From Gammaproteobacteria bacterium GWE2_42_36 (GTDB lineage Bacteria; Pseudomonadota; Gammaproteobacteria; UBA12402): a DNA stretch of 38,053 nucleotides. Below, in pieces: positions 18,991 through 27,498 of the stretch; positions within the stretch are counted from its first letter, which is position 1; each line of letters opens with the position of its first letter. The notes beneath the pieces were generated by a model. That model searched no databases. It saw only the letters and a list, made by a program, of their open reading frames with translations, and had not been told where the DNA came from. Both the position numbers and the translations under genes were made by a program. The DNA is taken from contig MGXH01000080.1 of the NCBI GenBank assembly GCA_001801305.1, positions 1 through 38,053 on the forward strand, in the 5' to 3' direction.

Positions 18991-19884
18991 ATTAAACATT
19001 TATTTTATCGGGATTCTTCGCTCGGTCTCAAAACGATAGGCTGCATGTTATTAGCGTTATTGTTGATGTTGGGCGATCATCATCAACAAACCGTGCATCG
19101 TATTCGTGTTTCTTTATCGATGGTCGTGTTGCCATTGCAATATCTTGTGAACTGGCCGACAGATTTCATCAATCAACTGACGACAGATTTATCCAGTAAA
19201 AAAGAATTGAGAAAAGAAAATACGCAATTGCGGGCGCAAGTTTTATTGTTAAATGCCGTGCTGCAAAAACAATATGCTATTGAATCAGAAAATCAACAGC
19301 TACATGCCTTGCTTCAATCGCATTATCAAGAAAAGGATTATCAAGTTTTTGTCGCGCAATTATTAGCTGTTTCAGCGCAACCTTTTGTCAGAGAGGTGCA
19401 GCTCAATCGAGGGTCGAATGACGGCGTTTTTATAGGTCAACCTGTTTTAGATGCCTGGGGTGTTATGGGTCAAGTCATCGAGACGGGACCGTATACGAGC
19501 TGGGTGATGTTTATTACGGATCCACGTAGCGCTGTGCCTGTTCAGATTCGGCGTACTGGCATTCGTGCTATGTTGATTAGCGATGGCAACCAACTGAAAT
19601 TAACAGATATCACGCAAACAAAAGATATTCAAATTGGCGATGAATTAGTGACTTCTGGTTTGGGTGATCGTTACCCATTTGGTTATCCTGTCGGAACCAT
19701 CACTTCGATTCAAAATGATCCGGGTGAAACGTTTGCCAACATTACGGTTCTGCCCACCGCGCATTTAAATCAAAGCCGTTTGGTTTTGTTATTGAAAACT
19801 TCGCCCGTCAATTTACCCGTTGCAAAAGAAATCGATAAAACCTCTTTGCCACAACGAGTCCATTCGAAGAAGAGGGATCATTAA
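18991..19884 (+). CDS. mreC: Rod-shape-determining protein MreC, probably initiating at ATT 18991 (ORF-track ATG 19045 would truncate the TM helix)
   Basis: The product has a coiled-coil region (KELRKENTQLRAQVLLL) and beta-barrel domains (GQPVLDAWGVMGQV, LVTSGLGDRYPFGYPVG). In frame after the TAG at 18976-18978 the sequence reads (I/M)KHLFYRDSSLGLKTIGCMLLALLL, which parallels E. coli MKPIFSRGPSLQIRLILAVLV. The SD AGAGGA (18977-18982) lies 8 nt before the ATT. Confidence 0.85.
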   Translation: MKHLFYRDSSLGLKTIGCMLLALLLMLGDHHQQTVHRIRVSLSMVVLPLQYLVNWPTDFINQLTTDLSSKKELRKENTQLRAQVLLLNAVLQKQYAIESENQQLHALLQSHYQEKDYQVFVAQLLAVSAQPFVREVQLNRGSNDGVFIGQPVLDAWGVMGQVIETGPYTSWVMFITDPRSAVPVQIRRTGIRAMLISDGNQLKLTDITQTKDIQIGDELVTSGLGDRYPFGYPVGTITSIQNDPGETFANITVLPTAHLNQSRLVLLLKTSPVNLPVAKEIDKTSLPQRVHSKKRDH

Positions 19885-20379
19885 ATGTTTACGCAGGAAA
19901 CAGCGCGTGCTCGATGGGTGATTGGGATAACGTTTTTAGTGGCTTTCAGTTTAATGATTCTGCCTTTACCGAGCGAAATTGAACGAGTCATGCCCGATTG
20001 GTTGTTGCTTGTTTTAATTTATTGGGCGATGGCTTTACCCGCTGTCGTGAGCATTTTTACAGCCTTTTTTATAGGTATGATTGCCGATTTATTGATGGGC
20101 ACGTTATGGGGCGAGCAAGCGTTTGCTTTGGTATTGGTGACTTATCTCGTTGTTAAATTGCATCAGCGTATTCGCGTTTATCCGCTGACACAGCAAATGA
20201 TTATTATATTCTTGTTTGTGTTACTCTATAAATTGATTATTTTGATCATTCAGGATTTTTTAGGATTATTGCCGCATTCTTTTTCGCTGTATTGGATCTC
20301 TTTATTAACGTCCACATTGATTTGGCCGTGGATTTTTATTTTGCTCCGTGATGTGCGCCGAAGGTTTCATATTTCATGA
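19885..20379 (+). CDS. mreD: Rod-shape-determining protein MreD
   Basis: This is a 164-aa polytopic membrane protein. Its ATG immediately follows the mreC TAA, which is the conserved operon position. Confidence 0.9.
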   Translation: MFTQETARARWVIGITFLVAFSLMILPLPSEIERVMPDWLLLVLIYWAMALPAVVSIFTAFFIGMIADLLMGTLWGEQAFALVLVTYLVVKLHQRIRVYPLTQQMIIIFLFVLLYKLIILIIQDFLGLLPHSFSLYWISLLTSTLIWPWIFILLRDVRRRFHIS

Positions 20380-20984
20380 GTGCAATAACGCCACAAATTT
20401 ATTTAGCTTCTTCTTCTCCCAGACGACGCGATCTACTACAGCAAATTGGGATTGTTTTTAAACAGCTCCCTGTGGCTATTTCAGAGATAAAACACTCAAA
20501 AGAATCGCCTGCTAATTTCGCCAAGCGAATGGCGTTAGAAAAAGCGATAGCGGGTTGGCAGCATCCTCAGCGAAAAACAAATCAGCCTGTTTTAGGCGCT
20601 GATACAATTGTAGTTATTGGTCGATCTGTTTTAGGTAAACCGAAAAATCGCGCAGAAGGGATCGCCATGCTCCAACGCCTTTCCGGCAAAACACATCATG
20701 TCTTGTCAGCTGTAGCGCTGGTTCAAGGAAAGCGCCAATCGCTTCAATTATCCGATACAGCGGTCACTTTTAGGTCATTATCTTTGTCAGAAATTAAAAC
20801 CTATTGGACGATAACTGATGAGCCTTGCGATAAAGCAGGAAGCTACGGTATTCAAGGTTTAGGCGGTGTGTTTATTAAAAAAATTAGTGGTAGTTATACG
20901 GGTGTGATGGGATTGCCTTTGTCAGAAACAGAGAGTTTATTAAATGCTTTTGGCATTTATTTGTTGCAGGGGAAAACAGAGTGA
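20376..20984 (+). CDS. maf: Maf/YhdE-family nucleoside triphosphate pyrophosphatase
   Basis: The motifs LASSSPRRRDLL, GADTIV, KAGSYGIQG and MGLPL are present. Its start overlaps the mreD stop as ATGA. Confidence 0.92.
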   Translation: MSAITPQIYLASSSPRRRDLLQQIGIVFKQLPVAISEIKHSKESPANFAKRMALEKAIAGWQHPQRKTNQPVLGADTIVVIGRSVLGKPKNRAEGIAMLQRLSGKTHHVLSAVALVQGKRQSLQLSDTAVTFRSLSLSEIKTYWTITDEPCDKAGSYGIQGLGGVFIKKISGSYTGVMGLPLSETESLLNAFGIYLLQGKTE

Positions 20985-21105
20985 GCTGATCAGCAAATTA
21001 TTTTTTGTTGTGTGCAAAGTGAAAATTATTACGAAGATGAATTTTACGAGATAATTTTCTCAGTTTATGAGAAACTGTGCCTATTGAGAGTATAAGGATA
21101 ACCCC

Positions 21106-24100
21106 GTGAAAGTCAGTCGTCTGCCTCGCGTCATGTTAAGATTATGGTACGCGTTTGCTTTTACGCTAGCTTTTCTTGCGTTGATCGCTACGCTAACCCG
21201 TATATTGACGCCTCGACTGAATGTCTATAAACCTGCATTAGAAAAAATAGCGAGTCAAGCGCTCAAAAGGCCGATTCACGTTGATCGATTACGCTTTTCA
21301 TGGGCAGGGATTTATCCACAAGTTATTTTAGTGCATGTGCAAATTTTCGATCCTAAAAAACCACAGTCTGTTCAATTGTCTATTCGCGAAGTGCGTGCGA
21401 ATATAGATTTATTTCATTCTTTGTTGTCGCGGCAATGGACGTTACATGAAATCGCGATACGAGAAACACACATCGAAGTGCATTCATCAGCAAAGAGCGG
21501 CATAAATATCAACGGCTTTTTTATCGATACGTCACACCATGAATTACAACCCGCCAGTGATTTTGATTATCAGCATGTGATTAGCCGATTGCTACAGCAG
21601 CATAAACTATCGGTTAGTGACGTCACCATTGATTGGTATCGAGATCAGCAATTTATCCCTTTAACATTGCAACAACTGGTTTTAGTGAATACCTGGAATG
21701 ATCATGTGTTATATGGGGCGATTTCAACCACCCTACGGCAAACACCGACATCTTTGGTTTTTTCTTTAACGATGACCGGAGATATTTTTAATGATCCGGC
21801 AGATTTACGTGCTTCTTTTTATGCACACGTTAATCATCTCGCTGTTTCAGAATGGGATTATCATCCGGTTATTTTTGGCTATGAATTAATGCAGGGGACT
21901 TTAGATGGTAGCGTGTGGGCGCAGTGGGAAAATGGGCGTGTTGATTTAATTCAGAGTTTATTAACGCTATCCGATCTGCGTTTGTTTTCAAGTGCTGTTC
22001 ATAAGATGCTTCCCATTGACAAGTTATCAGGTAATTTTTTGTGGAAACCCGAAGCGCAAGGCTGGAGTGTTTCGGGCGATCGTATTCAAATAATGGCGGG
22101 TCATGATACGTGGCCTGATAATGCATTTTATTTACATATGGGCCTTAATGGGGCGGAGCCGCAGCAAACGGTCTGGGTGAAAAATATACACCTTGAGAAT
22201 CTCAATCGATTATTACAAGGGAGTTCATTATTTGATGATGCATGGATGAAATCATTAGCCAAAATACAACCCAACGGAGAGCTGAATGATTTCTATTTAC
22301 AGCATAACGGCGATATTCAAACATTCAAGCAATACATTATTGCGACTTCTGTTGACCATGTAAGCTGTCAGCGCTTTGAAAACATCCCAGGGTTTCAAAA
22401 CTTTTCGGGGGTTTTACAATTAACGCCTGAATCGGGTGAGTTGGATATGGATTCTCAGAATTTACAACTGGATTTTGGTGATCTTTTCCAAAATCCATTG
22501 GCTATTACGCAGTTGCAAGGTGTGTTTTCGTGGTATCAGAATCAGGATAAAAGTTGGACGGTACAGGGGAAAAATTTATTGGTGATTAATCCGGCTGTGG
22601 CGGGTTATGGTGAAATGGGTTTACTCATCCCTTCGGATGGACATAATCCTTTTGTGGGCGTACAAGTCGGGTTTACGGTTAATGATTCGAGCCAAGTGGC
22701 GCATTATTTCCCATCCGGCATTCTTCATAAATCAATTATTGATTGGCTTGATCAGGCCTTTGTGAGCGGAAAGGGTGCAGCTGGTACCTTTGTTTTACGG
22801 GGCAATATGGCGGATTTTCCATTTGATCACAATGAGGGTGTTTTTATCATTGACAGCGATGTGGCGCCAACCACACTTCATTTTGCTCCGGATTGGCCCA
22901 ATGTGGAAAACGCCAGTGGTGAATTAATTTTTTCTGGGCGCTCTATGCATTTTGATGGGACGGGCGGACAAATTGAGAATGCCCAGATTCGTCAAGTGAC
23001 TGCGGCCATTCCTGAGATGGGGACTCCGAATGAGACGCTGTTAGTTATTCAAGGGAGTGTTGATGGGGGCGCCGGAGATATGCTGCGATTTTTACAAGAG
23101 AGTCCGCTTAAAAGCATGATCGGAGCCGGCGTAGACCGCTTTACTGCACAAGGAAACGCGCATCTTGATTTGGATTTGTCTTTACCGCTCGAAAAGCCGG
23201 AGGGCGTGAAACTGCAGGGCGGGTTGAATCTTTCAGATGTTTCTTTAGGTATCCCCGATTGGGCCTTGCAATTTGATCATATCCAAGGCCCTGTTAAATT
23301 TTCTGAAACACAATTGGCTGCTTCAAAATTAACTGCGCAATTGATGCAAAAACCGATTATTCTTAATTTACAGGCATTAAAGACGGATAGCGGCGTACCG
23401 TTTACACGATTGGATTTTAAGAGTGATGTCACCATTGCAGAAATTGAACATTACTTTCATGTTTTTTTATCGCGATTTATCACAGGGCAAACTGCGTATG
23501 CAGCGACGATCGATTTACATACGGCAAGACATGATCGGCAGCAAAGTCAAATTATGATACAAGCGCCCATGACGGATATAGCGACATCGCTACCGATTCC
23601 TTTTAAAAAATTATCAGGGACCACTTTACCGACTGAAGCCTATTTTAATTTTGGCGCTGATCGACCTTTTCAAATTACAATGTATGCGGGCGATCAGCTC
23701 AGTGGGGCGATGCAGTTTGATAAAGATCAATGGAGAAGAGCTAATCTGCATTTTGGGGATCGGCAAGCGCGTATTCCAAATGCGGCGGGTTTATTGATTG
23801 ATGGAAAACTGCCGACATTCGATTGGACAACCTGGCGAGATTATTTCAATACGCTGCCGATCTCCTCGACGCAAATAGGGTCAAATTCGACTACCCAGAT
23901 TAGACATATTTTAAATCAAATTCATCTTAGTATTGGACAAATCGATTTATTGGGGCAAACGTTAAAAAATACACTATTTCAGATCAAGCCAGCGCAAGAT
24001 CATTGGGCGATTTCGATTAACAGTAGTGATAACGAGGGATCTTTGACGATCCCGTATGACTTCTCTCCGGAATCGGTTATTACCGCACAATTTAACAAAT

Positions 24101-25035
24101 TGACATTGCGAGATGATGCAGGTCATCAGCAAGCGATGACTGTCGCGCCTCAGCAAATTCCAGCGCTTAACATATCGGTTAGTCGGTTTCAGTATAACAA
24201 TAAGCGAATCAACAATATCCAGCTTATTACCTCGCCAGAACGAAGTGGCATGCAAATTGAGCAATTGAATTTAAATTCAGATTTGCTGCAAGGTGCCATG
24301 ACGGGGAGGTGGCGACAGACTAAAGCGGGAGAGAATACCACCACGCTGTCTGGCACAATCAGCAGCGCTGATTTTACTCAATTGCTTAAAAGCTTTCAGA
24401 TGGTTACCAGTATTCGCCCGGGGAAAGGACAAATTATATTCGATCTGACATGGCCGGATCGATTGGATCAATTTGATCTAGCTCGAACAAATGGTCAAAT
24501 TAAGTTGAATTTTAAATCAGGACGTATTGTCGACATTGGTGATTCGGCTGTGGCGAAATTAGATATTGGTCGATTGTTAACTTTACTCAGCGTCAACCGA
24601 TTATTACAGTTCAATTTTAAAGATTTTACTAATCAGGGATATAATTTCAATCAATTAACCGGCGATCTGGTTTTGAAAAACGGTATCATTACCACCGAGG
24701 ATTTATCGTTTTTAGGGGAAACAGCTGATTTAAATTTTGAAGGTTCAATCAATGTTATTTCAAAAACGCTCGACCTGGATTTAGCCATCACGCCCCATGT
24801 GACCTCTAGTTTGCCGATTGTTGCCGCCTTTGCTGTAAATCCTATTGCGGGCGCGGCAACGTGGGCTGCGTCAAAAATTATGAGCGGTGTTGTGGATGAA
24901 GTGACGACTTATCATTATCACGTTACAGGCAGTTGGACGAGCCCGAATATTCAGGCAGAGCACTCAGCTTTAATTACTTCACCACTCAACTTGGTGAGTA
25001 AACCGGTAGAATATGTGAAACAGCTGGTGACATAA
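21106..25035 (+). CDS. yhdP: YhdP-family (AsmA-like, DUF3971/AsmA_2) envelope-spanning protein, 1309 aa
   Basis: It has an N-terminal TM anchor (LWYAFAFTLAFLALIATL) and a length close to E. coli YhdP. The C-terminal region GRLLTLLSVNRLLQFNFKDF...GYNFNQLTGDLVLKNGIITTEDL is typical of the family. It sits after mreBCD-maf as in enterobacteria. The GTG start has AAGGA 7 nt upstream. Confidence 0.8.
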   Translation: MKVSRLPRVMLRLWYAFAFTLAFLALIATLTRILTPRLNVYKPALEKIASQALKRPIHVDRLRFSWAGIYPQVILVHVQIFDPKKPQSVQLSIREVRANIDLFHSLLSRQWTLHEIAIRETHIEVHSSAKSGININGFFIDTSHHELQPASDFDYQHVISRLLQQHKLSVSDVTIDWYRDQQFIPLTLQQLVLVNTWNDHVLYGAISTTLRQTPTSLVFSLTMTGDIFNDPADLRASFYAHVNHLAVSEWDYHPVIFGYELMQGTLDGSVWAQWENGRVDLIQSLLTLSDLRLFSSAVHKMLPIDKLSGNFLWKPEAQGWSVSGDRIQIMAGHDTWPDNAFYLHMGLNGAEPQQTVWVKNIHLENLNRLLQGSSLFDDAWMKSLAKIQPNGELNDFYLQHNGDIQTFKQYIIATSVDHVSCQRFENIPGFQNFSGVLQLTPESGELDMDSQNLQLDFGDLFQNPLAITQLQGVFSWYQNQDKSWTVQGKNLLVINPAVAGYGEMGLLIPSDGHNPFVGVQVGFTVNDSSQVAHYFPSGILHKSIIDWLDQAFVSGKGAAGTFVLRGNMADFPFDHNEGVFIIDSDVAPTTLHFAPDWPNVENASGELIFSGRSMHFDGTGGQIENAQIRQVTAAIPEMGTPNETLLVIQGSVDGGAGDMLRFLQESPLKSMIGAGVDRFTAQGNAHLDLDLSLPLEKPEGVKLQGGLNLSDVSLGIPDWALQFDHIQGPVKFSETQLAASKLTAQLMQKPIILNLQALKTDSGVPFTRLDFKSDVTIAEIEHYFHVFLSRFITGQTAYAATIDLHTARHDRQQSQIMIQAPMTDIATSLPIPFKKLSGTTLPTEAYFNFGADRPFQITMYAGDQLSGAMQFDKDQWRRANLHFGDRQARIPNAAGLLIDGKLPTFDWTTWRDYFNTLPISSTQIGSNSTTQIRHILNQIHLSIGQIDLLGQTLKNTLFQIKPAQDHWAISINSSDNEGSLTIPYDFSPESVITAQFNKLTLRDDAGHQQAMTVAPQQIPALNISVSRFQYNNKRINNIQLITSPERSGMQIEQLNLNSDLLQGAMTGRWRQTKAGENTTTLSGTISSADFTQLLKSFQMVTSIRPGKGQIIFDLTWPDRLDQFDLARTNGQIKLNFKSGRIVDIGDSAVAKLDIGRLLTLLSVNRLLQFNFKDFTNQGYNFNQLTGDLVLKNGIITTEDLSFLGETADLNFEGSINVISKTLDLDLAITPHVTSSLPIVAAFAVNPIAGAATWAASKIMSGVVDEVTTYHYHVTGSWTSPNIQAEHSALITSPLNLVSKPVEYVKQLVT

Positions 25036-25250
25036 TTGCGTGTCGATGTGAGACGCGCAAAGGCAGGCCGGTGCTTCGATGGCGCGATTTAATAGAGGCA
25101 TCCCGATTGGGCGCTCGAAATTAAAATAATGCGCCGTTCTTTATCTCTGCTATCTCGAAATCCAGGGTACAGAACATTTTATTACAGAACTCTTTTTTTT
25201 ATAGGCGAGTTTGTGTATTCTATGGCCCTGTTTAAATTTCGGAGGTTCTT

Positions 25251-25430
25251 ATGGTTGTAAAAATTAATTTAGATACGTGTGTAGGTTGCGCGGCATGTGA
25301 ATCAGTGTGCCCGGTTGAAGCCATTAAAATGGTTGATGGTAAAGCCATCGTTGATGCAGATATCTGTATTGATTGTGGATCGTGCATTCCAGATTGTCCA
25401 GTCGAAGCGATCACACCAAACGAAGAATAA
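25251..25430 (+). CDS. 2x[4Fe-4S] ferredoxin, 59 aa (below the ORF-track length cutoff)
   Basis: Manual translation gives MVVKINLDTCVGCAACESVCPVEAIKMVDGKAIVDADICIDCGSCIPDCPVEAITPNEE, which contains two CxxCxxCxxxCP motifs. The SD GGAGG (25241-25245) precedes it and a terminator follows it. Confidence 0.9.
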   Translation: MVVKINLDTCVGCAACESVCPVEAIKMVDGKAIVDADICIDCGSCIPDCPVEAITPNEE

Positions 25431-25439
25431 ATTCATTTG

Positions 25440-25485
25440 ATCTGATCATAGATTTTCTTTCTGTGATCAGATTTTTCTTTTTCTC
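25440..25485 (+). terminator. Rho-independent terminator of the ferredoxin gene
   Basis: The stem atctgatca (25440-25448) pairs with tgatcagat (25464-25472) and is followed by tttttctttttctc. Confidence 0.75.
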
Positions 25486-25635
25486 ATTTTTATCAAATTG
25501 TTATCTGCCATTTTAAAGGGTATGACAATCCGGTTTTAGCCCTTTGTTGTTTAAATAAAAATCCTAATAAACCGAGATGATGAATTTTTCAATTCCAACT
25601 CCGACCCAACCTGTTGAAAAAAAGATTCCACAATT

Positions 25636-26018
25636 AACCTGATTTCGGGATAAGAAAGCAGGTCATTTGGACCGCGATTGGATTGACCTTGTTTGTTTTC
25701 GCGAAAATTGAGGAGGGCCCCGAGCACCGAAGTGAGATAGCGGCAAATGAATGGAATTCATTTGAGCGCGCCAAAGAGTTTGTTGCGACGAATAGGTAGC
25801 AACAAACGACCAGCAGGGATGCTGGGCTAGAGGGATTAGTCATGGATGACTTGTTTTGAAAGACGCGTTATCGAACAAGGTGCGCAGGGTTCCGTTTTTT
25901 TCGGCTGCTCTCTGGATCCCGCGGTCAAGCCGCGGGATGACAAAGCCCGACTCATGAGCGAAAATAAACTAAGGCCAACCAATCTCTTGTTTGTCTTCTG
26001 TTATCCCGAACTCAGGTT
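25636..26018 (+). mobile_element. MITE-like non-autonomous element, long copy (~383 bp), with terminal inverted repeats and a REP-like internal palindrome
   Basis: The left end is aacctgatttcgggataag. The reverse complement of the right end is aacctgagttcgggataac, giving 17/18 identity over the first 18 nt. Internal stems are gtttgttgc/gcaacaaac, ccagca/tgctgg and cccgcgg/ccgcggg. No credible coding capacity is present. It is related to the copy at 29155-29316. Confidence 0.65.
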
Positions 26019-26142
26019 TTTATATCATCACGACCGTGGTGAATAGTTATCTATTTTTTTGATTTAATACTGCTATTTTTTATTTAAGGTCGGTATGATT
26101 CTAGAAATAGGATCAACCGACGATATAAAAAGGAGACAAGAA

Positions 26143-27498
26143 ATGCACCTTACTTTTCTTGGAGCAACGGAGACTGTGACGGGTTCTCGCTATTTACTGA
26201 ATATTCACGGAAAAAAGATACTGATTGATTGTGGCTTATTTCAAGGACTCAAATCATTGCGCGAACGAAACTGGATCAAGTTTCCAGTCGATCCTGCTAC
26301 GATAGATGCTGTTTTATTAACACACGCGCATTTAGATCACTGTGGTTATTTACCCTTATTTATCAAAGAGGGATTTCAGCAGACGATTTATTGCACGCAT
26401 GCGACACGTGATTTATGTGGCATTGTGTTGGCTGATAGCGGGCACCTTCAAGAAGAAGAAGCACAATACGCGAATAAACATGATTATTCTAAACATAAAC
26501 CGGCGTTGCCTTTATATACCGAGCAAGACGCTATTGACGCGATGAAATATTTTCGAGGCGTTGATATGGGTAAAAAATTCAAATTGTTTAACGAACCTGT
26601 TGTTCAGTTTAAACGTGCCGGACATATTATTGGGGCTGCTTCGGTTTTTATTCAGTCCAAAGAAGGGTCGATTTTATTTAGTGGAGATTTAGGTCGGTTA
26701 ACAGATCCCATCATGAAACCGCCGATGTTAACGGCTTGTGCAGATTATTTGGTGCTCGAGTCGACATACGGAGATCGACAGCATCCTCAAACGAATCCGC
26801 AGGAGAAAATGCGCGAAGTAATCAATCAAACAGCAGCGAGAGGAGGGACGATTATTATCCCCGCTTTTACTATTGGTCGTACGCAAACGTTACTGTATTA
26901 TTTACACCAATTGAGAGCGGAACAAGCCATTCCGTCGATCCCTATTTTTCTCGATAGTCCGATGGCCATTAAAGTGACCAATTTATTTTGCCATTATGCT
27001 TATCTGACGCAATTAAGCGCGCGTTTCGCACGGCAGATTTGTTCCATTGCGCAATTTGTGCAAACGCCGGAAGAGTCTAAAATCATCGATCAGAAAAACA
27101 TGCCAAAAATTATTATTTCTGCGAGTGGCATGCTGACGGGTGGACGTGTATTGCATCATTTAAAGGCCTTTGGGCCAGATGATCGTAATACAATTTTATT
27201 GACGGGCTATCAGGCGGCTGGCACGCGTGGGGCAAGATTGTTGGCAGGAGAACAAGAAATTAAAATGTTGGGAAAAATGGTGCCCATTCGTGCGCAGGTT
27301 GAAAATATGACCAATTTATCGGCACATGCCGATTATGAAGAAGTATTGACTTGGCTGTCTCATTTTAAGCGCCCGCCACGTAAAGTGTTTATCACACATG
27401 GGGAATCCTCATCGGCTTTAGCGTTGAAATCTAAAATTGAAGAACGATTTGGCTGGTCTTGTGTTGTGCCCAGTTATTTACAAGAGGAAGTCTTATGA
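26143..27498 (+). CDS. beta-CASP family metallo-beta-lactamase-fold RNA/DNA hydrolase (CPSF/RNase J-like)
   Basis: All catalytic motifs are present: HAHLDH, GHIIGAA, FSGDLG, ESTYGD (motif A), VLHHL (motif B) and SAHADY (motif C). I prefer the ATG 26143 start (MHLTFLGATETVTGS), which has AGGAG 7 nt upstream. The ORF track starts at 26095. Confidence 0.88.
   Translation: MHLTFLGATETVTGSRYLLNIHGKKILIDCGLFQGLKSLRERNWIKFPVDPATIDAVLLTHAHLDHCGYLPLFIKEGFQQTIYCTHATRDLCGIVLADSGHLQEEEAQYANKHDYSKHKPALPLYTEQDAIDAMKYFRGVDMGKKFKLFNEPVVQFKRAGHIIGAASVFIQSKEGSILFSGDLGRLTDPIMKPPMLTACADYLVLESTYGDRQHPQTNPQEKMREVINQTAARGGTIIIPAFTIGRTQTLLYYLHQLRAEQAIPSIPIFLDSPMAIKVTNLFCHYAYLTQLSARFARQICSIAQFVQTPEESKIIDQKNMPKIIISASGMLTGGRVLHHLKAFGPDDRNTILLTGYQAAGTRGARLLAGEQEIKMLGKMVPIRAQVENMTNLSAHADYEEVLTWLSHFKRPPRKVFITHGESSSALALKSKIEERFGWSCVVPSYLQEEVL

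Noticed and set aside
20985-21007. gctgatcagc palindrome plus T-run after maf, as a possible terminator
   Set aside because: The 10-nt self-complementary sequence cannot form a stable stem-loop. Any termination here is likely weak, and yhdP may be co-transcribed.
25634-26046. 69-aa (minus) and 66-aa (plus) ORFs inside the long MITE copy
   Set aside because: They are contained in a highly structured repeat element. The peptide ...SLDPAVKPRDDK... is the kind of artefact produced by translating REP-type palindromes. Neither has an SD.
26229-26957. Out-of-frame ORFs within the beta-CASP gene (26229-26411, 26342-26545, 26736-26957). The same applies to internal or antisense ORFs in yhdP, the phosphorylase, the MFS gene and secA (for example 21869-22126, 28595-28786, 30145-30432, 32825-33187).
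   Set aside because: They overlap genes with strong family motifs in another frame or on the other strand.
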